Shown one piece after another: positions 1 to 12,410 of a DNA stretch of 64,000 bases. The stretch is from the human T2T-CHM13v2.0 reference genome, Homo sapiens: NCBI RefSeq assembly GCF_009914755.1, contig NC_060927.1; one strand, given 5' to 3'. A model generated the notes under the pieces. The model ran no database searches and was not told where the DNA came from. It saw only the letters and a list, made by a program, of their open reading frames with translations. A program made the position numbers and the translations under genes. Each line of letters opens with the position of its first letter. Positions within the stretch are counted from its first letter, which is position 1.

Positions 1-529
1 CTTCAAGAAATGTCTGATATATTGCCAGGCTAGAACAGAGAGACCTGATTTAGATTGACGAGGGGCCATGCACTAGTTAGAGTTAAAGGAATTCATTGCC
101 GAGTATTAAATGGCTTTCAGAATGAGTAGAAAAAGCCACAGACCCTACAATGAGCTGTCATGAATGGTTCTTAAAGCCACACCACACAACTAGATAATTA
201 AGGAAACTACTACTCCTGCCAGAATCAGAGCTGGTATTCTTGCTGCTGACCCCAGAACTACATCCCCTCTGCTGAGATCTGCACCATAAAAATGAATGGC
301 TTAAACTCTGCTTTTCTCTCCAGTTAACTGAGTTCTGAATTCAAATCACTAATGAGAGCCTTTATTTGGTAAACATAAGTCACTTTCAGAACCTCAGCAG
401 CACAAAAGTATGGGAGACACAGTTTAGAGCTTTTCAGTTCTTCAGTTCAGGAGGCCACAGCAAAGGAGGCTGGAAGAGGTGCTGAGCAAGAGAACGTATA
501 ATATCTGCCACAGGTGTAAGGGAAGAGCT

Positions 530-1000
530 CTTAATGGAAGAGCTAACACTTAAGGGAGGAGAGTTGGGCCACATGAAGGGTGTGAAGAAGAGAATCACAG
601 GGAGAGAGATCAGTGTATGTGTAGATCCTGAGGTGAGGAGTGCTTGGCCCATGGAGCCCTTGTAAGAATACCAGTGAGGCTGGAGGTCAATGAGTAAGGG
701 ACCCGGCCCAATCCGGAACATGCAGAAACTTGTAGGCCATGCAAACAATTTAAATTTTTTTTCTAAATAATATTAAAAGCTTTTTAAGGGTTTTAAGCAG
801 AGAATTATTATGGTTATATTAACACTGTTAAAGATAACTCTAGCTGCTCTGTATAGAATGGATTTTAGAGGGTATCCAGATTAAAGTCAGAGAAAGCTTC
901 AGGAGGCTTCTATTGTAGACCTGGTGAGTGGTTTTGGTGGAGATGGAGTGAAATGAACTGATTCAAATAACCACACAGAGAGAGAATCAATAGGACCTGG
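530..1000 (-). mobile_element. L2 LINE remnant (ancient, approximate bounds)
   Basis: Purine-rich tract 'tttttaagggttttaagcagagaatt...aagataactctagctgctctgtatagaatggatt' resembles the reverse complement of the L2 3' region. Confidence 0.6.
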
Positions 1001-2049
1001 AGGAAACAGAGAGGAAACAGAAAATGTACTGCAATTTATTATCAGTAAAAACTAATTACTATTATGTAATACCAATGCACTCCCCTCCTGCCAAAAGGAT
1101 CATTCTTACCTCAATATTGTTTTAAAAAAAGGAGTAAACACAGCTCATTTATGGCTTGGCTATGGTCACAGTGAATATCATTTTTTAATCAGATGGTGTC
1201 TTGATTCTGTGTGGTCTTGTTTCTTCAGTTCACCCTTTGTTGTTTTTCTTCTGATGTGCTGTGTCTACTGTATATTCGAATAATTTATTCTACCTCATAA
1301 CCTTTGTACTCAGAAGAACAACTCAAGGCCTTCAGTTTTATTACATTACTATAGATGCAGAAAAGAAGAGACAGTGATAAAAAGAAAGAATGAGAACAGC
1401 TGGGCTAAGTGTAAAAGATGGATGAAGTACTGCAGGTCATAGAGAAATCAGTGAAGGGCTGAGGGAATTTGACAGAAACAACGAAGAAGGATGGCATGCA
1501 GTATTAAAGAACCAGGGCTCCATTTTGAGAAGGAACAGCAAAGTCGCACTTAAATGAGCATGTTTCATACTCCAATGCATGATATTTCTATGCAAGACCT
1601 TGTTTGTGCATTTTTTAACTACCTAATAAACATTTCTTATGCTTGCCTTCCTTTTTGTGAGGAGGTGGCATAGATCATCTAGTGAGATATAAATAAGGAC
1701 ATAGGAAGCTGGACATTTTACACAAGAGGCCCTCTCACAGGTAAGGAAAAAGAGGTCATTAATTTTGAAATACAAAAAAGAAATGAGAACATCAAAGCAA
1801 TGCAAAGGAGTTAATAGAAGAAAAATAAAATTGTCTGACAAATTTCTGTCTTCTACCTCCTCTCTGACAATTGTTTCCTTAAAATCTTAAAATGTGCTTT
1901 CATTTCTCATCATTCTTCTGAAACTATTTTAGAAGTCCCTAGTGGCCTCTAAATTTATAAATACTAAGGCCTTTTTTATCATAATTTTCTATTCCACTTA
2001 AAAATGAAGCTATGTAGACATACCACTTCTTTCCCAAAGTTTAAGTACT

Positions 2050-4345
2050 TCACTATTAATTACTAATCATAAAAGTAGGACATAGTCATTTTTTAAGAAA
2101 AGCAAAAGAAAACAATGCTAAGAAGAAATAAAAATTATCCAAATTGACAGCTCAGGGTAAAAAACTAAAAACTATTAAATGGTTATGCTTCTCGACCTCT
2201 AGTATATCTTTCTGTGAATATACACTCACACATAGAAAAGAATATGCAGTTTTATGTAAATGCACTGTCCATACTCTTTCCTTCCCTGCTATTTTTCACT
2301 CAACAAGGCCAATAGTTACACCATCAATTTTAATGATAGGTTATTTTAGTTTTTTCTACTTTTTCACTAAAATGTTTCAGAACATGAGGAAAAAAGAAAA
2401 TCTTTTAAATTCTTTGATTGGAGACATCAGAATGCTGATGTCAAAACTGACAGAATCCACCAAAAAAACCATGCACCCTCCTTATATATGAGTGTTGATA
2501 TACTTACGAGATTGTTTTCTTGGTTTTATCCATAGTGGTTGGGTTGTTAGACTTAAAAAGGATGTGTTTGATACATGTTTTAAAGGCTGTAAGAAAAACT
2601 GGTCAAATGTCTGTCTCAACTAAGTGGGTCTAGATCTAAGTTTCCAAAACCCTACAAATACTGAGTTTTGTCATGTATTTCATACTTAAGACACTCATTG
2701 CTATTTTCATTTATTTGATTACTACAAAGTAGAATATCCTTTCACATGTTTATTGATCATTTACACTTTTCCTTTGTGATATACTTTTCAACTCCTTTGC
2801 CCTTTTTCCTATCCAGGTGTGTATTATTTGAATTTTATTTTTAATCTATTTATCAAAATTGCAGAATTAACTCTCCATCTGTCATATAAATTGCAAATAC
2901 TTTTCCTAGTTCCTGAGGTTATCTTCAAACTCATTTATTGTATTTTGGCAGGCAAAGTTCTCCATTCTTTCCTTTCCCTCTCTCTCACTTTCTCTCTTCT
3001 CTTCCTTTTTGTAACATAATTAGAAGCTTAGAAAGAACTTCCCAAACAAGATATAATACAAATTTTGCCTTATGCTTATTTTAATAATTTTAGAATTGGA
3101 TTTCCTACGTTTAAATATTTGATCCACTCAGAATTTGTTTTGGATTTTTTATTATTCCCAATAGCTATCCAGTTATTAGATCACCTTTTTTATCATTTTT
3201 TTTTTTTTTTTGCTAATGAATCTCCGCTCCCCCATCCAGGCACTCAATTTTAGATATCACATTCATTAGACTATATTCTAATACATATGGGTTTAGTCCA
3301 TGGTTTCCCTGGAATAATCATCCTTTCCATTAATATTAGTCTCTTCCTGAACCATTCAGTTATTTTTATAAATATTCTTTTATAATACATTTTACTATAT
3401 AAAAGCATATATCTCTTTACTTTTTCTCACGAGAATTCTTTGGATATTCTTCAACTGAAATGTAGAATCATTTTTATCAAATTAAGAAAAAAATCCTATT
3501 GGTGCTTTGATTGAAATTTGTATGTTTATAATCATTTTAGGGAGAATTGACACCTTTAGAATATTTAGTGTTTGACTTTAAGACTAAGTACTGTCTTCTT
3601 GTTTTCTTTTTGACAGTAGTTTTAGAGTCTTCCTCAAAGTAGTTCTATGTATTTCTAAGTTTATAATTATCTAGATGATTTAATATTTTTAATACTGTAG
3701 CTTATATACTTTTATTATATTCCTAATAAATTGTCTTTTATTTAAAAAGCTATATTTGTGTATATTCATTTTGTTATTTTTCAAGAAAGCATATTTAACA
3801 TTTTATCTGGAAGAGTGATCACTTCTTTTGTTTAAGTGACATATTTATTTTCTAATCCAATTTTCATGGCTAGCATGACAATGATGCTCTTTAATGGAAC
3901 TTTTCTGGTACAGAATTTTAATACTAATAATGACAGAAAAGTCTTTCACAGTATCCAATAGATGTGATAAGAAAAATGATCCCAGATTTTTAAGTTTTTA
4001 CATTAAATTAAACTGAACAAGTTTCTTTTATACAGTGTCTCAGAGCTTTTATTGTGTTTTTTATATTTTATCAGTTTTAAGCACACCATTTTAAGTGGAT
4101 AATTTCTTAAGTTTATTTGACCACCTTTCCTAGAATTAGCCTTCTTAGATACACAGTTAATCGCAACACAAACTGTTAGTTTTTTGTATAGAATACATAC
4201 AACACATGTGTGTGTCAGGCACCAGTCCACATAATCCATGTAGTTTTATTCTACTAAACCTTTTTTTAACATTGTCGTTTTTAATCAGAGTGTTTTAAAT
4301 TGAGTGTTACCAAATACTTCTTGGGAAATATATGGGGATGATTGT
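2050..4345 (-). mobile_element. Highly diverged L1M (L1ME-like) fragment; continues at ~6190-6740, ~7050-7700 and ~10000-11700
   Basis: T-rich antisense-L1 motifs such as 'tattgatcatttacacttttcctttgtgatatacttttcaactcctttgccc' and 'cattttagggagaattgacacctttagaatatttag'. Confidence 0.6.
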
Positions 4346-4586
4346 TGTCTTAGTTTGTTACTGCTGCTATAACAAAATACCTTTGACTGGGTAATTTACA
4401 AATAATGAAAATTTATTTCTCACAGTTCTGGAGGCTGGGGAGTTCAAGATCGATGCAAGAGCCAATTCAGTGGCTGGTAAGGGCTTTCTCTCTACCTCAC
4501 ATGGCAGGAAAGAGAGCCAGGATGTGCCCTTTAAACTCTTTTATAATGGCACTAATTCCTTCATGAAAGTGGAGCCCTCATTGCTT

Positions 4587-6073
4587 TGTTAACAAAAAAA
4601 CAAAACTCTGTGAAATATTTTAAAGAGGTTTATTCTGAGCCAATATTAGTGACCATAGCCCAGAGAAAACACAAATCTAAGAAGCCTTGAGTAAGTGGTC
4701 CCAAGGTGGTTAGGTTAGTTTGATTTTACACATTTTGGGGAGACCGGAGTTACAGTTGTAGAAGGACAAGCCGCAGACAAAACCCCTCAGACACCAAGTT
4801 GAAGAAGGAAGGGCTATATTCGGCCAGGAGCTTTGGCAAGACTCACGTCTCCAAAAACTGAGCTCCCCGAGTTAGCAATTCCTGTCCCTTTTAAGGGCTT
4901 ACAACTCTAAGGAGATCCGCGTGAGAGGGTCGTGATTGATTGAGCAAGCAGGGGTTACGTAACTGGGGGCTGCGTGCACCGGTAATCAGAACAGAACAGA
5001 GCAGGACGAGCATTTTCACAGTGCTTTTCCATACAATGTCTGGAATCTATAGATAACATAACTGGTTAGGTCAGGGGTCGATCGTTAACCAGGCCCAGGG
5101 CATGGCACCAGGCTGCCTGCCTGTGGATTTCATTTCTGCCTTTTAGTTTTTACTTCTTCTTTCTTTGGAGGCAGAAATTGGGCATAAGACAATATAAGGG
5201 GTGGTCTCCTCCCTTACAGTCAAAACATAGATTAATACATGGAAGGTATACATGGGTTCAGGCTGAAAAGGCAAGACATATCAAAGTGGGGGCTTACAAG
5301 TCATAGGTGGATTTTAGGGATTCTTTTGTTGACAGTTGTTTGAGAGCGGCCATTGTCTAAAGACCTGAAGTCAGTAGAAAGGAATGCTTGAGTTAAGACA
5401 AGAGGATTTTAGGGGGCCAAGGCCCTTGCTATGTAGATGAAGGCTCATAGGTAACAGCCTTCAGAGAGAATAAGTGGAAAATATCTCTATTCAGACTTTT
5501 AAAGGTGTCAGACTTTCAGTTAGTCTCTTCTAGATCTCCAGAAGTCCTGGAAAGGGAAGGCCTGGCTATATTAATAGAGATTCTCTATAGATGCAAATTA
5601 CCCCCCACAAGACAGCTTTGTAGGGTCATTTAAAAATATATCAAAGAAATATATTTTAGGGTAAAATATTTTTATTTCCTTCAGCATCTGCTATCTGTCA
5701 TGTGATGTGATAACAGAGTCAGGTTGGAAAGTAAACTACATTATACCAGGTTACGTAAAACAAACAAAAAAAACACTTATGGTTTTATGGTTTGTAGGGT
5801 GTGACTTTAACCCTGGACTTGCATGGCCTTAGGTCTTGTTTATAATTTGCTGTCTTATTGCCACAAAGAGGCTGTTTTGTTCGTTTTATTATGCTTTCCA
5901 TTTTAACCTTAATGCTAAACTCCAAAAAGGAGAGGATATAACAAGGCGTGTCTGACTTTCCTTCCCACCATCATGGCCAGGAATTCAGTTTTTCAGGTTT
6001 CTTTGGGTTCGTGTTGGCCAAGAGGGAGTCCATTCAGTTGGTTGGGGGCTTAGTATTTTATTTTTGGTTTACA
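4587..6073 (-). mobile_element. ERV1 MER4-group solo LTR (MER4D-like), interrupted by LTR2
   Basis: TG...CA termini ('tgttaac'...'ggtttaca'); MER4-like 'gaggtttattctgagccaat' and 'gggggcttagtattttatttttggtttaca'. 4-bp TSD GCTT/ACTT. Confidence 0.8.
4757..5216 (-). mobile_element. LTR2-family (HERV-E/Harlequin) solo LTR, LTR2B/C-like
   Basis: Reverse complement begins 'taagggaggagaccacccct' and ends 'gcggcttgtccttctaca', matching LTR2 termini. Perfect 4-bp TSD CAGT (4753-4756 / 5217-5220). Confidence 0.9.
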
Positions 6074-6751
6074 ACTTAACCACTTCTTTTAAAAGTGATT
6101 AAAAGGCTGCACCTTTTAATTCTATCGTACTGGATATTAGGTGCCAACATATGAATTCTAAGGGGACACCACATTCAGACCTTAGCAATCGTATTGCCTT
6201 CACTCATTATAATAACAGTCATTTGTAGTGACAGATTGCCTAATAATACATAAACTAGCATTCTTGGAATGAGTTTTTGATTATGGATTTGTAAGATTTT
6301 TCATGTATTCTTGAATTCTAATTGCTAATATTTTAGTTAGGTACTTACATCAATATACATAAGCAGGACTGGACAAAAATTTTGTCCCTTTTAGTTCTCA
6401 CTGTAAAATGTTGCTTTTAGGGTTTGGCTGACTTCATTCAAAACATTATGAAGACTGCTTCCTTTCTTTACGGTCTTGAATAGTTAAAATCACTTAGAGG
6501 TTATTGTGGCTTGGAGCCGTAAAACAAATTAGAGGATGGAAGTTAGAGGATAATTATTTTATAATTTTCCTTTTTATTCTTGACTCAAGTTTTGTAATTT
6601 ATGTTTTCCTAGAATAATGTGTGTGAAGCATATTTTCATCTCTTTTATGTCTTTTCTAATATGGTATAACTTTGTTATTTTTGTTTCAACTCATGCTTTG
6701 GGTATGTGTTGGCATTTCCAATAAACTACTCTTAGATTTCTCATTTTGCTC

Positions 6752-7047
6752 TTTTTTTTTTTTTTTTTTGATGGTGTCTTGTTCTGTCTCCCAGGCTGGA
6801 GTGCAGTGGTGCAATCTTGGCTCACTGAAACCTCTGCCTCCTGAATTCAAGTAATTCTACTGCCTCAGCCTCCTGAGGAGCTGGGATTACAGGTGTGCAC
6901 CACCTCGCCCAGCTAATTTTTGTATTTTAGTACAGACGGGTTTCACCATGTTGGCCAGGCTGGTCTCAAACTCCTGACCTCAAGTGATCCACCTGCCTCA
7001 GCCTCCCAAAGGGCTGAGATTACAGGCATGAGCCACCGTGCCCGGCC
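6752..7047 (-). mobile_element. AluS (Sx/Sz-like)
   Basis: Poly-T tail and full dimer ending 'cccggcc'; TSD ATTTTGCTC / ATTTTGTTC. Confidence 0.95.
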
Positions 7048-7714
7048 ATTTTGTTCTTTTTTTAGCCTTCATTTTTTTTCGGCATGGGTTTTTCCTTATG
7101 GTGTTTTTCTAGTATTTATTTTGTTGATCATTTTCTATTTTTTCAGTTGAGTACTTGATATACTTTTCTTCTTATTTTGTAATAAAAATGTTCAAAGCTA
7201 TGGGTATTTCTGAGTACATCTATGGATTCACTACAGGTGGATGATGATTTTTAATAAATTTTTCTATTTCTTTTTGTATTACAATCATGAGATCATTTTT
7301 GACCAAATGTTTATTTAGAAAATATTTTTAAAACTTCCAAGCATTTGATATTAATTTTAATTTTATTTTAATTTTCTAATTTATTTTTAGTTTTATTATG
7401 CTATGATTTTTAAAAATCTAATTTTACTATTTTTATACATTAAAATTTGTTGATATTTCCTTTCAGGTCTGATACATAGTTAACTTACATGAATGTGTCA
7501 TAAGCCTTTGGGAAAAAAGTTTATTCTCTTTTGAAGTAGTATAGAGTTAAGTAAATATTAGAGTAAAGTAAGTTATATTAGTTAGAATTTGGTCTTCTTT
7601 TTATTTTCACTTTTTTTTCTTGGTCAATAAAAAAAATGGAGATAAATGTTTTAAAGTTCTTTGTTTGCTGTGTCTGTATTTTTCACTGTATTTAGTGTTA
7701 TTCTTTATTTGATA

Positions 7715-8527
7715 TCCCCCAAACAGACTTTTCTCTCATTTCTTTCTATTCTATTTCTATACTCTTTTCCTTTCAGTGAATGTTAAGACCATGAACCTAG
7801 TTCCTCAAACCAAAAATCAAGTTTCCCCTTACAATCCAACAGTAAGTCTTGGTAACTGTATCTCCACACAAATTCCAAATCTATCTACTTCCCACACTTT
7901 CTACATACACCATGCTAATCTAAGCCAGCTATCTCTTCTTGCCTGGTTTACTGATAGCAGCTCTCAAGTGATCTTCCTGACTCGACTCCTGCTTCTCACA
8001 TAAAAGTCAGAATGATTTGTAGAAAATAAGTAAGTTCATTAAACTCTCCTCCCCTCTTTCTTAAAACCTCCAAACAGATTTCCATCCCAGCCTCAATTAG
8101 AGTAAGTCCACACTTTAACTCTGCCTGGAAAGTATGTAGATGTGACTTATGCCTTTCTCTTTGGCTACAGTGACCATTTCCCCTTTTCCCAGCACACTTA
8201 ACTACACTCGCCATCTCTTTCTTCCTCAGACAGGACAAGCTCATTCACATATTAGAGCATCTCTGCTGGATAGTCCCACTTTCTTCCTGTTTTGTGCATG
8301 GTTAATAATGCATCCCAGAAATCCCTTGTCTGATAGATGCTTGTATTATATCACCCTACTTTACATCTTCCTACAGCATTCATAATTGTTAATTTCATGT
8401 GTCTTTCTGCATCTCCACTAGAAGCTTTTTGATGGCAGAAATATTGACTCACTTTTCAAATTTTCCAGTAACAGAAAAGTGCCTGACACGTGGTAGACAC
8501 TCAATATTTATGTAATAAATGAAAGCA
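7715..8527 (+). mobile_element. L2 3' fragment
   Basis: C/T-rich body; ends 'gtgcctgacacgtggtagacactcaatattta...aataaatgaa', the L2 3' terminus. Confidence 0.7.
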
Positions 8528-8648
8528 TTAATGTGCAAAAAAGGGACGATTATATTTTGTTATAAATTTTAATGATAAAAAGTAACTTTCTCTCTCCAAT
8601 TTAATGCTTTTTGCCTTAAATACAAGTTTGTCTTATATTAACATGAGA

Positions 8649-9995
8649 ACTTCTGCTTTTGTACGTGATAGAATAACATAGATGGAGATTTATCTCCTAC
8701 ATTAAACAACTAGAATACCAGACAAAATATATAAAACAATGGTTTTCAAACATTGAACCACAGACAACTTAAGACAGTGATTCCTGAAAAAAAAAAATGT
8801 GAATTTAGATCTTTGACAACCCCAGCATCGAGCAAGTTTCTGAGTAGTATCAGAAGGAAGGGAAACCCCAGTAGATCTTGGAAGTTTTGCTGAGTTGAAG
8901 AAATCGAGTTTGATCGTCAAGAAAGTAAAGATGGATAGAATTTCTAAGGCAAACAAGCAGTGAGGAAAGAGCTGTGCAGAGAGAGTCCTGATATCTGCTC
9001 AAGGGTCCTCCCAAGTCTTTGGCTCAATGTTAATCTGCACCTGTGTAGAAGAAAAAGCCACAGGCTGGGGAAAAATGCTGCTGGAAAGGAATAAACAGAA
9101 TAATCCCCAGAGCTCACACAGGGCCAAGCATAGTTTGTGTTCCCAATAGCCAGAGTGTAAAGTTTTCCCAATAAATGGGGCATCAATCAAGAGTCCTCGA
9201 AAAATCATTACCTCAGTAGTAGCCTCAGACTAGAGGTTCACCAGGACCTGCTTTAACAAATCTTAAAGGCAAGACTTGAAAGGATCAGATTGTTTTCATG
9301 TAACTTACTGATTCCAAAACAAGGACCAAAAATATTTAAAGGAATGCAAAAAATCCAACACCAAGTGTTATTAAAAAGAAACAACAACCATAAACACAAA
9401 AAATGAGATTCAGCACAAGAGATGGAAAGGGAACAATATGCAGCATCCAATCAAAACTTACCAGGCATGTGAAGAGGGCAGAAAATATGTCCATAGACGG
9501 AAGGAAAAAACTCAGTAGAAACAGACCCGAAAATTACACAGATAATAAAATTAAGCAAGAATATTAAAAGAGGTATTGTAAAGCTATAGTCAAGAAGGTA
9601 AAGAAAAGCGTGAACATGAAAGAGAAATGAAAGAAATAAGGAGACCCAAATAAAAACTCTAAAGATGAAAAATAAAATACCTAAAATAAATAGTACACTG
9701 CAGAGACTAGAAAACTTAACGACATACAATAAAAACTACTAGAATGAAGGATAGAAAAAAGACTGAACAAAAATGAGCGTGCCAGTGAACTATGGGTCAA
9801 TATCATACAGCCTAACCTATGTGTATTTTCAGTCCTGGAAAAGAACAGAATGAAATATTTAATGAATTAATGACCAGAAAATTTCCAAATATTATGAAAA
9901 CTACAAACCCAAGATTCAAGAAGTCTGATGAATACCAAGCTGAAGAAACATGAATACTACATCAAAGGATATCATATTCAAATTTTTGAATACAG
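8649..9995 (+). mobile_element. Ancient L1M 5'UTR/ORF1 remnant
   Basis: Degenerate ORF1-like motifs: 'gaactatgggtcaatatcatacagcctaacctatgtgta', 'aatatttaatgaattaatgaccagaaaatttccaaat', 'caagattcaagaagtctgatgaatacc'. Confidence 0.7.
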
Positions 9996-10124
9996 CATGA
10001 TTCTTACTAGTTTTCCATTTGATTTTGTTTGGAGCATTGTCTCATTTTATTCCTGAAATACTCAGTTTTGGTATCTCCTTTTTAAAATGCATATAATCAA
10101 GTTTCATTTTTTGAATAAGAATGA

Positions 10125-10450
10125 TTATTTATTTATTTTAATTAATTAATTAATTTATTTATTTATTTTGTGATGGAGTCTCGCTCTATTGCCCAGACTG
10201 AAATGCAGTGGCACCATCTAGGCTCACTGCAACCTCTGCCTCATGGGTTCAAGCAATTCTCTGCCTCAGCCTCCCGAGTAGCTGGGATTACAGGCACCCA
10301 CCACCATGCCTGCATACTTTTTTTGTATTTTTAGTAGAGACAGGGTTTCACCATCTTGGCCAGGCTGGTCTTGAACTCCTGACCTTGTGATCCACCCACC
10401 TTGGCCTCCCAAAATGCTGGGATTACAGGCATGAGCCACCACGCCTGGCC
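10125..10450 (-). mobile_element. AluS (Sg-like) with (TTTA)n tail
   Basis: Full dimer; 'gaccttgtgatcc' shows the 2-bp deletion of Sg/Sc/Y lineages. Confidence 0.93.
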
Positions 10451-11860
10451 CAAGGATAGTTTTTTTAAAGATGACAATTTCATTTTCATTTCTTATTAAA
10501 GAGGCATAGTTCATTTGACATCCTCCTTATTTTGTGTTTCCTTTGTTTCTGATAGTTTTCTATATAAACTATGTTTTATTTTTTTTTCTCTACCCTGTGT
10601 CTCCATCATTGACACCCTCAACTGCTAGCCCACATCCCCACACACTCGCCTAAGTAATCACAAGTTACAAATTCTTTAACATTTTCCATTGGTGGTTACC
10701 TATACAAATTTCAATATATCTCTCTGTGAACTTGAGATTAAAGATATATATATTTATTGTTCCTTACCACGAAATATAAAGAAATTAAAGCAATGTTATC
10801 ACCTCTTACCCTCCACTCTAAATTTCCCGTGGGCACCTTAAACTCACCAGTAGTTATGTGTTTAGTTCCTTAGCTTGCCTATTTGTGAATTCCTTATTTT
10901 GGTGCATATTTTTCTGTCTGGAGTAAATCTTCAAATAATTTTTTTTACAAGACATATATGAACTTTTAAAATCCTGTATCGGAGCTCATTTTCTAGATTT
11001 TTACATGCAAAAAAATTATTTAATATTTAATTACTTGGACATAATTTTATATTTAATACTTGTTAATATTGTTCTGTTGCTTTCTCTTACCTAAAATTGC
11101 TGAAAAGGAATCTGATATAAACTCATTTGCTTACCTTTATAGGGGTCTGCTTCTTCTACTGGGTAATGTATGATTTTTTTAAATCAGTGAATATCAGAAA
11201 TTCACCAGTGTAATCTCTCTCCCCTCCCAACCATGAGCAGTGAGACTTCTAAATTATAGGACCATTTTAGTTAATTGAAGTATTTTCATTCTAACATTTC
11301 ATTAAATAGTTTTTTCTGGTTTGCTTTTCAGATCATCAGTTATCCATATGTTGAATTCTTATGTCTATTTTATAATTCTTATTTTTAAAACATCCTTGAT
11401 ACTTTAAAAGTTAAGTTCTCAAGTATATTACTAATCTCATTTTTAAAATTGTCAGTATGTGTTCTGGTTTTAAACATTCTTATATTTTGTAGTAATATTA
11501 ATTTTTCCATCATTCTTTTCCTTAGCACCACTATTTTTAGTTAATTCATCAACTAACCATTTTGTATCCAAAAATTTTAATTTTTCGTATTCAGGAATTT
11601 CTTTTCTTTAGTTTTCTTGATAATGCAGTAAAGTTGACTCTCATCTTTTGGAATGCTGTATTCATTTTAGGCATTCTTTTGCTGTAGCAGTTTTTCTTTC
11701 ATATTTTAGGTGTTTCTGCTCATAACATCAGTAAAAGCAGTTGTCACTCTTCTTGATGATACTACTCTTACCACTGCTCCTATGACTCCTACTAACACAA
11801 CTACACCTACCAACACCACCAAAAATTAGTCCTCTTTGATTATTACTCCTTTATAGGCCC

Positions 11861-12065
11861 TGTATCACTCAAGATCCAAACACACAACAAAATACAACTA
11901 AGAAGTTTCAAGAAACATTAACGTAAGAACTTACAGAGTTGTGGTCAGGATTAAGGGAACCAATAGAGGATGTTGAGGGACCCAGAGATCAGCAACAATG
12001 GGGTGCTTTCACCACTCCATAGGCAGGAAGAGGTGAGAGAAGGAGATAGTGTTACTGAAGAACCA
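11861..12065. mobile_element. Probable ancient ERVL-type LTR fragment
   Basis: 'tgtatcactcaagatcc...cagagttgtggtcaggattaagggaaccaatagaggatgttgagggacccagagatcagcaac' resembles old mammalian LTRs; family not resolved. Confidence 0.4.
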
Positions 12066-12114
12066 AGCGGGGGGCCAAACGGAAAATAAACTGCAGAGTC
12101 ACACATCGAACACC

Positions 12115-12270
12115 TTCATATATATTTTTTAATCTCCATAAAGAGGTAGATGTTACTATTACCTTAATTTTACATAAAAAGATACAAAGTATTATAGAAC
12201 ATATACAAGAACACAAAGCTAAAAAGTTACAGATCTGGACCTCTTAACCAAGTCACTCTGACTTAAGTAA
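12115..12270 (-). mobile_element. MIR fragment
   Basis: 'aggtagatgttactattaccttaattttacata...acacaaagcta' is the reverse MIR core. Confidence 0.5.
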
Positions 12271-12309
12271 GTCCCTATATGTCCTCACCCTCCCCAACAG
12301 TAACTAGTT

Positions 12310-12410
12310 TGTCAGATATTTACCGAGCTCTTTCTATGCCAGGCACTGCCAGAGGTATTAGACTTACAATAAAGAACAAAACTAGTATCGTGGTTGCCCT
12401 CATGCAACTT
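12310..12410 (-). mobile_element. L2 3' end
   Basis: 'atatttaccgagctctttctatgccaggcactg'. Confidence 0.55.

Larger units (their letters stand above)
4346..6187 (-). mobile_element. MaLR solo LTR (MSTC/MSTD-like), split into 4346-4586 and 6074-6187
   Basis: Starts 'tgtcttagtttgttactgctgctataacaaaatacc' and ends 'acattcagaccttagca'. 5-bp TSD ATTGT (4341-4345) / ATCGT (6188-6192). Confidence 0.85.
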
